A stretch of DNA of 64,000 nt, taken from NCBI RefSeq assembly GCF_001194135.2, contig NC_069002.1, forward strand, positions 2,130,616 to 2,194,615, read 5' to 3'. The DNA comes from Octopus bimaculoides. Taxonomy: Eukaryota. The notes beneath the pieces were generated by a model that was not told the DNA's origin, made no database searches, and saw only the letters and a program-made list of their open reading frames with translations. This document shows, piece after piece, positions 52,641 to 64,000 of the stretch. Every line of letters begins with the position of its first letter. The stretch's first letter is position 1. The position numbers were made by a program, and so were the translations under genes.

Positions 52641-52874
52641 ATAAAGCAATTTGTCTGATGTGCAGACGATTTTTCCAGCTCATCGCCTTAATGCACATTG
52701 TATGATGAATTCTTCAATCTTTAGATTATATAAATTCACATATATTTACACATTTGAAACCTGTAAATTTGTCAAAAATACAGCAGTTCATAGTATTTTA
52801 TTAACTAACTTGTCACCTCTTCCTCATGTATCATTTCAAGATTTGGCACAATGGGTGTGTGTAAATCGATGATA

Positions 52875-53000
52875 TTCTCCCTAATACTCAACTGGTACTA
52901 ATTTTATGGGAGTGGGGACGAAAGCCAAAGTTGAGTCCGCAGCGTTGGAACTGAGACGGTAAATCCCAAATAAATGCTGAGATCTGTTTTGTCTGGCTTG
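52875..53000 (-). mobile_element. Highly diverged SINE family A copy
   Basis: actcaactggtactaattttat...gacgaaagccaaagttgagtccgcagcgttggaactgagacg...tttgctagct follows the family A order in reverse. Confidence 0.5.
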
Positions 53001-54149
53001 CTAAAAATTTTGCTAGCTACCTGTTTTTACTTCTCCTTTTATAAAAGAATGTACAATGGAGAAAGAATAATACTGACAGTTGGTTTGAACCGGCCATCTA
53101 CAAGTTAATGCATCTATATATTATATTACTGCAGGAGATTTCGTTAATGAATGCGGGAATCCTTATACAGTTATTTTACCTGCAAGACATAACAACAGAA
53201 ACTTCTAATCACAATCTGCTGCTTTCAAAGTTAAACGTCATATAAGATTATCTATTTCCAGATAAACTATTTCTGAATGGAAAAAAAAAATATTAAATAC
53301 ATGAAAATTCGAATGTCTTTGATCTCAATGTTCACTCAATAAGAACTGACACAGAACTAAGCAACAGCAGCAACAACAGCAACAAGAATGACAACAACGG
53401 CAACGGATAATTTTCAAAAATAAGGTGATATCAATAATAGTGAACATTATGAAAATTAGTAGCAAACGATATATGAAAAATATTTTTAATTCATGTCTAC
53501 GACTTGTTCGAGTGACCTAAAACCTTTTCTCATGAAATATTGATGATGTACTATTTATGGTATACCGCACTGCTCTTTCCGACCAAACCGTATTTGGAAC
53601 TACATAGTAATTTTTCACACCCTTTTATGTTGTTGTTGTTTGGCCTTTAATGGTCGAAAAAGAATATAAGTAAAAGCAGCAAAATATATGAGTTACTTTA
53701 AATTATTCATTTCGAAGTCATGGATTGCTTTTATAGATACGTATTCTCTCGTGGCGAAGAAAGAAAATATTTTTCGTTACTTTTTAACTTCTAATTTTTC
53801 ATTTCGTATGTTTTCGTTTCTTGGAAGTCTTCTTCCGACACTATCCTTCTCTGCTTCTAAGTTTAGTACTTTTACCTTTGTTCACTGATTCAAAATATTA
53901 ATAAAAGATTTATTTCATGAAGGGAATTAAAAGAAGCTAGATAGCATAGAATAAAAATTAACAAAAAATTACTACAGACAAAAAAAAAAAACATTTCTAA
54001 AAAATAACACGATCCGATCCAGCGAGTGAGCAACTACACGGTTGTTGGAAGTGCTAGATATAGCTGCATACATTTGCAAAAATCATAAAGTTTGATCTTC
54101 AAAGCAAAGGGAAAGAGGTAACAAGCACAAAAACAAAATAAGAAAATGG

Positions 54150-54236
54150 GCGGCGCGAATATACAGGATAAGACAGACGAAATATCGCTAAGCATTTCGC
54201 CCGGCGTGCTAAAGTTTCTGCCAGCTCGCCGCCTTG
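54150..54236 (-). mobile_element. SINE family A tRNA-like head
   Basis: The reverse complement gives caaggcggcgagctggcagaaactttagcacgccgggcgaaatgcttagcgatatttcgtctgtctt. Confidence 0.85.
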
Positions 54237-55291
54237 AAAATGCAAAATATATTCCCATATGCGCTATCGATAAAACTGAAAATGTGACAGTCAATACGGA
54301 ATAGCGGATAACAGACTTTAACAAACAAATTTATAATGAATCATTATAGTTGTTTCATAATGTTAATTTTCTAGATTTAAAGGATATGACATTTAAAAGC
54401 GGAACATTTAAAATGGCAAACTTTAACTCTCCCACAGATATATATATATACATACATATATNNNNNNNNNNNNNNNNNNNNNNNNNNNNNNNNNNNNNNN
54501 NNNNNNNNNNNNNNNNNNNNNNNNNNNNNNNNNNNNNNNNNNNNNNNNNNNNNNNNNNNNNNNNNNNNNNNNNNNNNNNNNNNNNNNNNNNNNNNNNNNN
54601 NNNNNNNNNNNNNNNNNNNNNNNNNNNNNNNNNNNNNNNNNNNNNNNNNNNNNNNNNNNNNNNNNNNNNNNNNNNNNNNNNNNNNNNNNNNNNNNNNNNN
54701 NNNNNNNNNNNNNNNNNNNNNNNNNNNNNNNNNNNNNNNNNNNNNNNNNNNNNNNNNNNNNNNNNNNNNNNNNNNNNNNNNNNNNNNNNNNNNNNNNNNN
54801 NNNNNNNNNNNNNNNNNNNNNNNNNNNNNNNNNNNNNNNNNNNNNNNNNNNNNNNNNNNNNNNNNNNNNNNNNNNNNNNNNNNNNNNNNNNNNNNNNNNN
54901 NNNNNNNNNNNNNNNNNNNNNNNNNNNNNNNNNNNNNNNNNNNNNNNNNNNNNNNNNNNNNNNNNNNNNNNNNNNNNNNNNNNNNNNNNNNNNNNNNNNN
55001 NNNNNNNNNNNNNNNNNNNNNNNNNNNNNNNNNNNNNNNNNNNNNNNNNNNNNNNNNNNNNNNNNNNNNNNNNNNNNNNNNNNNNNNNNNNNNNNNNNNN
55101 NNNNNNNNNNNNNNNNNNNNNNNNNNNNNNNNNNNNNNNNNNNNNNNNNNNNNNNNNNNNNNNNNNNNNNNNNNNNNNNNNNNNNNNNNNNNNNNNNNNN
55201 TATATATATATATATATATATATATAGCTATAGCTATTTATATCTATAGTTATATATGTATATATATACACAAACACACAACAATTATGAG

Positions 55292-55341
<50 letters not shown>

Positions 55342-55902
55342 TGCGCGTGAAAGCGCAGCTAACAGTATACGTTATGTTATGTTGTATTATACAGGGACAG
55401 AGAGACAGAGTCATACATAGACGCAAACATGCCTCATCACACATATATAATATATACGTGTGAAGGTGTGTGCTTTTGAGTATCAAGGATTCGGATTTCT
55501 ATGGTACGTTTTCTCATACGTGAAGGCAATCAATGAGGGTAGGAAGTTTTATCGTATCACAAAATCCAGCATACAACAGAGAACAAAAGCTAATTACCCT
55601 GCATTTTATATTAATATTTCTACTCTTGCTTACGACATTAATCCTGCTCAGCGTCCCGTTTATATATTATTTTCACATCTAACATCACCTGGCCTTAATT
55701 TTCTTTCATTAACTTTCCATTCCAAACAAAATATCTGATAATTAGCCGTACCATGTATCTCCCTTTTATTCCAAGATTCATGAGACTGAGTCGAAGAGAA
55801 AAGATTTCCCATTTTCGAAAAAGGCTTTTGTCCTAAACGTCGAAAAATCTTCGCTACGCACGCACACGCATGCACACACGCACACTCACACACGCACACA
55901 TA

Positions 55903-55908
55903 TATATA

Positions 55909-55948
<40 letters not shown>

Positions 55949-56147
55949 ATTATATCTATACCCATATCTATCTCCAAACATACATTTACGTATATACACC
56001 TATGTCTGTATATATCCATGGCTTTCTTTGTCCGTCTCTCTATTTGTCTTTCTAACTCTCTCACTATGTATGCATGTATGTATATATGTACGTATGTATC
56101 TATCTACCTATCTATTTGTCTATTTCGCTTTNNNNNNNNNNTATATA

Positions 56148-56187
<40 letters not shown>

Positions 56188-56370
56188 ATTATATCTATAC
56201 CCATATCTATCTCCAAACATACATTTACGTATATACACCTATGTCTGTATATATCCATGGCTTTCTTTGTCCGTCTCTCTATTTGTCTTTCTAACTCTCT
56301 CACTATGTATGCATGTATGTATATATGTACGTATGTATCTATCTACCTATCTATTTGTCTATTTCGCTTT
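55903..56370. repeat. 229-bp direct duplication on either side of a 10-N gap (probable assembly artefact)
   Basis: 55903-56131 and 56142-56370 appear identical, including the length of the GT run. Confidence 0.85.
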
Positions 56371-57028
56371 CATACTATGTATGCTTTTTTTCACATATAT
56401 TCTTAAACACCCACTCAGATACACATCTCATATAGTTTGAAATTAAGTATGTACGCATGTATTTCTTGTCGTATGTGTATGTGTGCATGTGTGACTTTGT
56501 TTAAGAGTAAATTCTAGCAGTATATCAATAACGAAAATGAAATAGCATTTGAAGCGAAATATGTGAGTTCGTATATGTCACTGAATATGATATAAGTTAT
56601 AATTCACTTATCGCTAAAACCAAAAAAAAAAAACAAAATGCATAAATAAATAAACACAAATAAATAAAATTGCCTTTGATGCGTGAAATCGATTGAATTA
56701 TATCAAAGATTCGCAATGATTTTACCGATAGTCTATATCAAAGTATCTCTCTATCTCTTCTCTCTCTACATATATATTCTCTCTCACTCTCTATCTCTAT
56801 CTTTCTCTCTCCGTATATATATACCCTCATCCACATACGCACACAAAAATACTTATGTATGTGAATATATATATATAATTGTGTGTCCGTATTCATGCAT
56901 ACATTTATACACACATATACCTTTGTATACATATCATACATACATTCACACACAAATATACACACATATGTATAAATATACAAGCTTATGCATTCGAATA
57001 TGCATATACACACATGCAAATGTATGTC

Positions 57029-57114
<86 letters not shown>

Positions 57115-58100
57115 GTATGTATATAAATATATGCGTGTGCTTGTGTATATAAGTATTCATGCATACACATGGATGGATGGATGGACGAATGGGTGGATAC
57201 ATGCATGGATATACTGGCACTTCAAACATAGACATGCGTTGTAATCATTTCAAAAGTTATGATAAATATATATATATGCATGTATTATTTGTTTATGTGG
57301 ATCTGTATCTGTGTGTGTGTTTAAAATATCTTTAAGCTTATTAATCAAAGAGTACTAATGCGATGGTGATAAAAATTGGTTGGAATTTGATGCGATTGAC
57401 TGGTGACTCTAAATTGAATGTCACTTTTATCAATTCAAATGAATATGAATTTAGTGTGCAAATTCACCATCGTACACCAGCTTCAGATTGAGCGATTTGT
57501 AATGCAGGAATGGATATTAATTTGTACCACCACACTAGGATAAGGTAGATCTAAAGCGGAAAACAAAGAGGATGGTCACTGTTGAAATGCTTTTGATCAT
57601 GCAATTTATCTCAAATTTCATTTTCGATAATGATATTTTGTACGTACTTTTTAAGAACTTAAGAGAGTTTTGGCTGCTAGATCTTGCAGGTTGATTACCC
57701 ACTTATCGGTTTCTTCATTAGCTGACATGTTCCAAACGTTGTAAATGGAGGGGGGGGATTTTTTATTTTGCCACAAACATGGTGATATTGCAATTTTTGC
57801 TGATTTGAAATAGAAATTGATATACTTTTGACGCAGGAATGTTTTAAATGAATATATTTATATAATGCAGATCAGTTCCAGCAGATAAGCATGGTTTTCA
57901 TTGAAGGAAGATCCGAATGACCCTCTCCGAACACATTTCTATACTTTCTTTGGTCTTCCGTCTCTCTACTGACGACGTGTTTCTCTCCGTTAATCGTATG
58001 CCGTTCGGTCGGGGAAAACGAATGGAACGCAATAATTAGATAACTAAATGAACAATGGTAATAACAATAACAGTAGTAGTAGTAGTAGTAGTTGTTGTTG

Positions 58101-58311
58101 TTTCAAATTTTGTCTCAAGGGTAGTAACTTTGAGGAAGGTGATGAGTCGATTACACTGACTTCAGTGTTCAACTGATACCCACATTATCGACCCCGGAGG
58201 GGTGAAAGGCAAAGTCGACCTCCTTGCAATTTGAACTAAGAACGAAAACACGGACGAAATGCCGCTGAGCATTTTGCCGGGCGTGGTAACGATTCTGCCA
58301 GCTCACTGCTT

Positions 58312-58312
<1 letters not shown>
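58101..58312 (-). mobile_element. SINE family A, full-length copy embedded in TAG/TAC microsatellite
   Basis: The reverse complement gives aagcagtgagctggcagaatcgttaccacgcccggcaaaatgctcagcggcatttcgtccgtgttttcgttcttagttcaaattgcaaggaggtcgactttgcctttcacccctccggggtcgataatg. Confidence 0.9.
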
Positions 58313-58490
<178 letters not shown>

Positions 58491-59348
58491 GAAGGAAAAA
58501 ACATCTCCATTAAAGAAAAAGGCAACTCGTGTTCGCGTGAACGATTTTTAGTAATTCAATTCGAATAGGTTTTGTTTTCGCTGCCTCTAATTGACGGAAG
58601 CTGTTGGATGTATGTTGCTGCTTAGTGGCATCCATCTATAAACATAGCACAACTTAATACAAATACATAACGTGATATGCTTATTATCATTGCCTTAAAG
58701 GGAAACTACGTTGCTTTGAACGTAACATGGCGCCACCATTCGACTGTCCATTAGCTAAACAATAGGTCTTGATAAAAGTGCGAGCAATCGCTAGCACTAT
58801 TCCATCAAACTATTATCTTACCTTACACTACACGTAAAAAGAAGTTGAGATATTTGTAATTGGGACGTCTTTAATCAAAGTTACATTTATATCGAGCTTG
58901 GTTAAGGCTAAGCAACAGCTACAAAAATAACTGTACGTCTCAGAGTTATTATAAAGCAAATAAATGAAAATGAGCAAAAAGCTGCGCAGCCCGCAAAGAA
59001 AAACTGATGCACAAAATTCAAAAAGATTGTTTGTAAACGAACACCTTTAAGTATTAGCTGTAACTATACTGTTGCAAATGTTTCCTGTCAAAGCCTTCGT
59101 GCTGTAATGATTTGTTTACTAAAAAGAATCGAACACCTACAGATGAGACTAAAGGACAATTTTTATCTCCATCTTAACGAGCATGTTGTGTTAGAACACA
59201 GACTACTGAATACCATAAGAAAAATTTGACAGGACCTCTCATATGGAGTGATGGTGCAAGAAAGCACACATACTTATAGCGTTGTCAGCTGAGGAGCCCC
59301 TGCTGGAATTTTTAGATTACGATTTGCATACGTATGTATGTATGTATG

Positions 59349-59379
<31 letters not shown>

Positions 59380-60009
59380 CGAAGGTTTGTGTATATACTT
59401 TGAAATACATTCCTAATTGTAATAGTAACGCTATTCAGCTTTACATTTCTAGATAAACTCTAAATTTCTTCTGTTGAAAGCAATACTTTATTTACTTAAT
59501 TGACTTTGAATTCTGCCGAGTGGTATTAATTCGTCTATCTATCAATTTATTCAATTAATGTTATAATTTACTATTATTTCTGTTAATGTGTCACTCTCAT
59601 ATTAGTTTTATTGCAAACATTTGGTTTTAATCAAAATAATCAAACAAGCAAAAATATTCATTCGAGAGTTGTTGTCAACAATTTACTTGTTATATTCTGC
59701 GTACATATTTGTAGTTAGTAAGATATGTACATATTGTTATGGCACGTTTGTATGTCAATTTTTCATAAGCAAGAATATATTTTGTGATTTTATATGCTTT
59801 TAATGGCACATGGTGACATTTATTTGCCTCATATCCTATTATATCAATCAAACATTAAACGAATTAATTGTATAAATTTCGTTTTTTACTTACCTTTTTA
59901 CATTTCAGTCTTTGTGAACACACATATTCCTGGACATACATACATACGTCTATGTATATGTATATATTTATGTATGTAAATATGCAGATATATAATATAT
60001 ATACTCACG

Positions 60010-60091
<82 letters not shown>

Positions 60092-60719
60092 GGCGTGTGT
60101 GTGTCTGTACCTCTATGATTGTGTATGTGCACATCTCTTGTGACAGTTTTATTAATTATATTGAATTTAACAGAACAGGTGGAACTAGTGATATAAATGT
60201 CTGACCTAAATACTTCGCTCTTTCCTTTTTAATAACGACATTTTATGGCTTCATCTCGGGAAAAATTCCAAGATAAATAATTTGTATCTAGAACAGTCCA
60301 TGCTAAACGATGGGTTACAGTCATATATAAGCATTACGAAGTTAATGGCCTCGTGAAATATTAGCCCTGCCAGAGGACAGGAGTTGAAGCGTATAGATGT
60401 GTGGGGTTTGCCTTTCTGTTTTATAAACCCTCTGGTCAACGGACGAAAGTGTCGAAGACTTACAGGAATTTTAGACTGCTTGGAAATTATCAGAGGAAGA
60501 AATATTCTGGGAACATTTTACGCGCATCGAGAGAACTCACTGTATTAATACTTATATAGAAGTACTTATTCTTGGAAGAGAAAATTTCAATTCATTTTGT
60601 CAGTTTCAACTTACAATTCTTAAGAGCGATAAAAAATTTACTAATTATAAATTGTTTTTTTTGTTTATAAATGGGTCTCGTCCTGGAAGATTGAGTGAAA
60701 GGCTATTATACGAATGGTA

Positions 60720-61720
60720 GGTGGTGAGTTGAAGCAGTGGATGAGCGATACAGATCTTGTTTTCGCACATTAAGAGTGTCGTTGTCGTTTAAAATTTTGT
60801 TCTCCTCGTGCAAGAAATTCAAAAATGTAGAATGATAATAAGTTGATATGGTTTGTGTGGTTGTAGGATGTTATATAATTGATGCTAAATTGTTTAGTAG
60901 CTGAATAAATTCCTGATTATGGGGGCATAAGGTTGATGTATGAATAAAAATGGATTGGAAAAAAATTAATTTATAAGGTCAAATGCGAACACTGAAATTA
61001 ATTGAAAGTAACTGAGGACTGAAAAGGTTCGATTAACTATCTGTTGATTTGTTAATTACAATGGATAGGTGGCTATTGATGTGTGTGGATGTGAAGCCGA
61101 AAGGGAATGTTTGAAGATGAAAGCATGATTGTGTGTGTCAGTGAGGAAATTCTAGTTGATATTTTGGTGGTAGGGGCTATATGCATTTAAATATACATAT
61201 GGTCATACGCATTAACATTCACCCAAGTGGAACGATATCAATCTAATCATCCAGTAGTGCGTATCTGAATTTCTGATGGGGCAGGAGATGGTTGCTTCTG
61301 TGTTGTGGTGATGGGAGTGGTGAGGTAGGAAATATGGTGTTGTTCAGGAAATCAGTAGAGAATTGAGTATACCCAAATAAGGAAATTGAAAACCACATAT
61401 TAAGGGTATACGAGAGTCGAGCGACTGATTGGAATTGATTTAGCAGATGGATAGATTTATGGTGAAATGGATATAAGGATAACCACATAATTGACAATGG
61501 TATTGAAACGTAAGGAAGTGGTAATAGCATGATCGTGAATACTTTCAATTAATTGGAAAGAACTGGGTTTGTTTGAATGCGATTAACTAATTGTTGATTA
61601 GCAAATGAAGGAGCTGGTGTGTTTGTGTAAGGTAAGAAGCGTGCGTGCCATTGGGTGAATGTATGATAGCTAAATTATTGTGAGCATAAACGATTTTTAA
61701 TTTCTGTAAATAACTGTGTA
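60720..61720 (-). mobile_element. Possible ancient LINE fragment (APE endonuclease-like)
   Basis: About 1 kb free of microsatellites, with strong strand skew (A/C-rich on minus). YLNAYSP...HNHAFIF...SHPH at 61083-61197 loosely echoes the N.YSP and GD.NA.HP motifs of APE domains, but the GDFN motif is not preserved. Confidence 0.25.
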
Positions 61721-62241
61721 CATATAGATTCTTATGCTTGTGTGTACTCAAAAGCACATGCATATACATACATGTGTATATATTTTAATAGATGTGCAGC
61801 GTGACTCTATGCATATGCATCCGCTTCTGTTTACTCGAATGCAGCGGTTATGCATTTGCACTAGGATAGGTGGGTTCAAATATATACATATATTCCTTTA
61901 GCCATCTGCATAACTATACACATTATATTTATATACGCACTCAAATATACGCATAATTACCTAAGTAGATTTGAACCATTGTTCATTGAAGTGTAATACA
62001 CGAAATGGAAGTAAGAGGACATAATTTCACAAAAAAAAGAAAAAAAGAAAAGAAAACTGACTTGTAAATAATTGTATTACTAGGAAATTGTAGATATGTT
62101 ATTCAAATGATACAGAGAAAATAAAATACCAGGCAGTTGACATACACACAGATGCTCACTTTTGAGTACGTACACACACACACACACTCTCACATGTCTT
62201 TGGTATATGTATATAAATACACACATACACATACACACGCG

Positions 62242-62277
<36 letters not shown>

Positions 62278-62706
62278 TATANNNNNNNNNNNNNNNNNNN
62301 NNNNNNNNNNNNNNNNNNNNNNNNNNNNNNNNNNNNNNNNNNNNNNNNNNNNNNNNNNNNNNNNNNNNNNNNNNNNNNNNNNNNNNNNNNNNNNNNNNNN
62401 NNNNNNNNNNNNNNNNNNNNNNNNNNNNNNNNNNNNNNNNNNNNNNNNNNNNNNNNNNNNNNNNNNNNNNNNNNNNNNNNNNNNNNNNNNNNNNNNNNNN
62501 NNNNNNNNNNNNNNNNNNNNNNNNNNNNNNNNNNNNNNNNNNNNNNNNNNNNNNNNNNNNNNNNNNNNNNNNNNNNNNNNNNNNNNNNNNNNNNNNNNNN
62601 NNNNNNNNNNNNNNNNNNNNNNNNNNNNNNNNNNNNNNNNNNNNNNNNNNNNNNNNNNNNNNNNNNNNNNNNNNNNNNNNNNNNNNNNNNNNNNNNNNNN
62701 NNNNNN

Positions 62707-62742
<36 letters not shown>

Positions 62743-63804
62743 GTGTATATATATATATTTTTATATATGCGCATATATGTATGTTTATACCTTTACATGT
62801 GCTTACATATATACATATGTAGACGCATAAACGTTTATTTGTTCATATGACTACGCATTAACATATTTATTTCCTGTCTAGCAAATCATAAAACTTACAG
62901 GAACTCACACAGATACTGTAACGCACAGAATCAAACACAGATATATGCATTTACATAGAGTTACACAGGTAAACATAGACACAAACAGCACATACACACA
63001 CACGTGCGAAATGTATGTGATTACGAGACGCATTGAAATGTAATCATCATTTTTTTTCCTATCTCTGATATTACTTTGTCTGCTGTTAAACATTTGCAAG
63101 CCTGTAAGACCCTTCATTAAAACAACATAATAACGAAAGATGAGGCGATGTCATAATCGCTTTAGATATTTTATTCATTTGCTAAATTATATATTTAAAT
63201 CATTGGTTGTTCGATGAAACTATAAATACATCTGCAAAATATCATCAGAGATAGAGGTACAAAATACTTTTATATTTGATAGTAAAAATAAAACGAGGCA
63301 TGTTTATGGAGACAGATGTATGGTGATATCTATGTATGAAGTTTGATGGTGAAATACATATATATGGAGACTCTCAGTAACACACACACGCACGCACACA
63401 CACTGACATACAGACACATATGTATTGGTAGATATACATCTATATATTCACACAAAATTCATCCTACATATGTGTGTATGTGTGTGTGTGTGTGTGTGTG
63501 TTTGTGTGAGTGTGTGTGCTGCAGATGAAATTGATGAAAGATCAATAGGAATATAAATGATTTAGCTCTTAACGTGATAATACCAATCAAAATATGTTTC
63601 CCAGTAATCCAATACAATTTTCATTTCTAAAATACAGATATAAAAATATATATAAATATTTACATGTATATCACCCTTATCTCCTCTTCTGTACACATGT
63701 GCAGTCACACGCACACATACATGCACACACATGTGCATACTTGGATGATTATATGAATGCACATACATTGAAACAGACGAACATACACCCTGGCTCACAC
63801 ACAC

Positions 63805-63845
63805 GAGCATTTTGTCCGGTGCGGTAACGATTTGCCAGCTCACCC
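63805..63845 (-). mobile_element. SINE family A head fragment
   Basis: The reverse complement gives gggtgagctggcaaatcgttaccgcaccggacaaaatgctc, preceded on the element strand by (TTA)n. Confidence 0.7.
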
Positions 63846-64000
63846 AATTAATTAATAGTAGTAATAATAATAATAATCCTTTCTACTATACAGTATGTAG
63901 TTATAGACAGGTCTGACGACAACCTATATACTGGAAATTCTTTACTCCTTATTATTTAAAATTGCAATGACTCGCCCGGGAATTTCTAATAATAGTACAT

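Noticed and set aside
58726-58736. YY1-like aacatggcg / aagatggcg motifs (also about 5960, 2905, 39745)
   Set aside because: Short motifs expected by chance, with no promoter or CpG-island context.

Overview
This is AT-rich eukaryotic non-coding DNA, very dense in microsatellites, with 16 assembly gaps that mostly abut (TA)n, (AG)n or (CA)n runs. The repeat content looks like an octopus (cephalopod) genome; this is inferred from remembered repeat families, not from a search. I found no confidently supportable host gene, rRNA, tRNA gene or CRISPR array. Nearly all listed ORFs are artefacts of microsatellites or N-gaps. What the window does contain: (1) many copies of at least two tRNA-derived SINE families, plus two further dispersed repeat families; (2) a decayed 3' fragment of an R4/Dong-type restriction-like-endonuclease LINE sitting in a (TAA)n tract, and a possible second fragment nearby; (3) a Penelope-like GIY-YIG remnant; (4) two mariner MITEs that keep the transposase C-terminal codons; (5) two hAT-type MITEs in tandem, 8 bp apart; (6) a degenerate 16-bp minisatellite of about 600 bp; (7) several fold-back palindromes centred on microsatellites, including a near-perfect 200-bp one; (8) three low-confidence + strand microexon candidates, which would make the window mostly intron of a large gene. 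I see no evidence for a wholly new biological system. The most interesting themes are retroelements inserting into microsatellites and microsatellite-centred inverted duplication.
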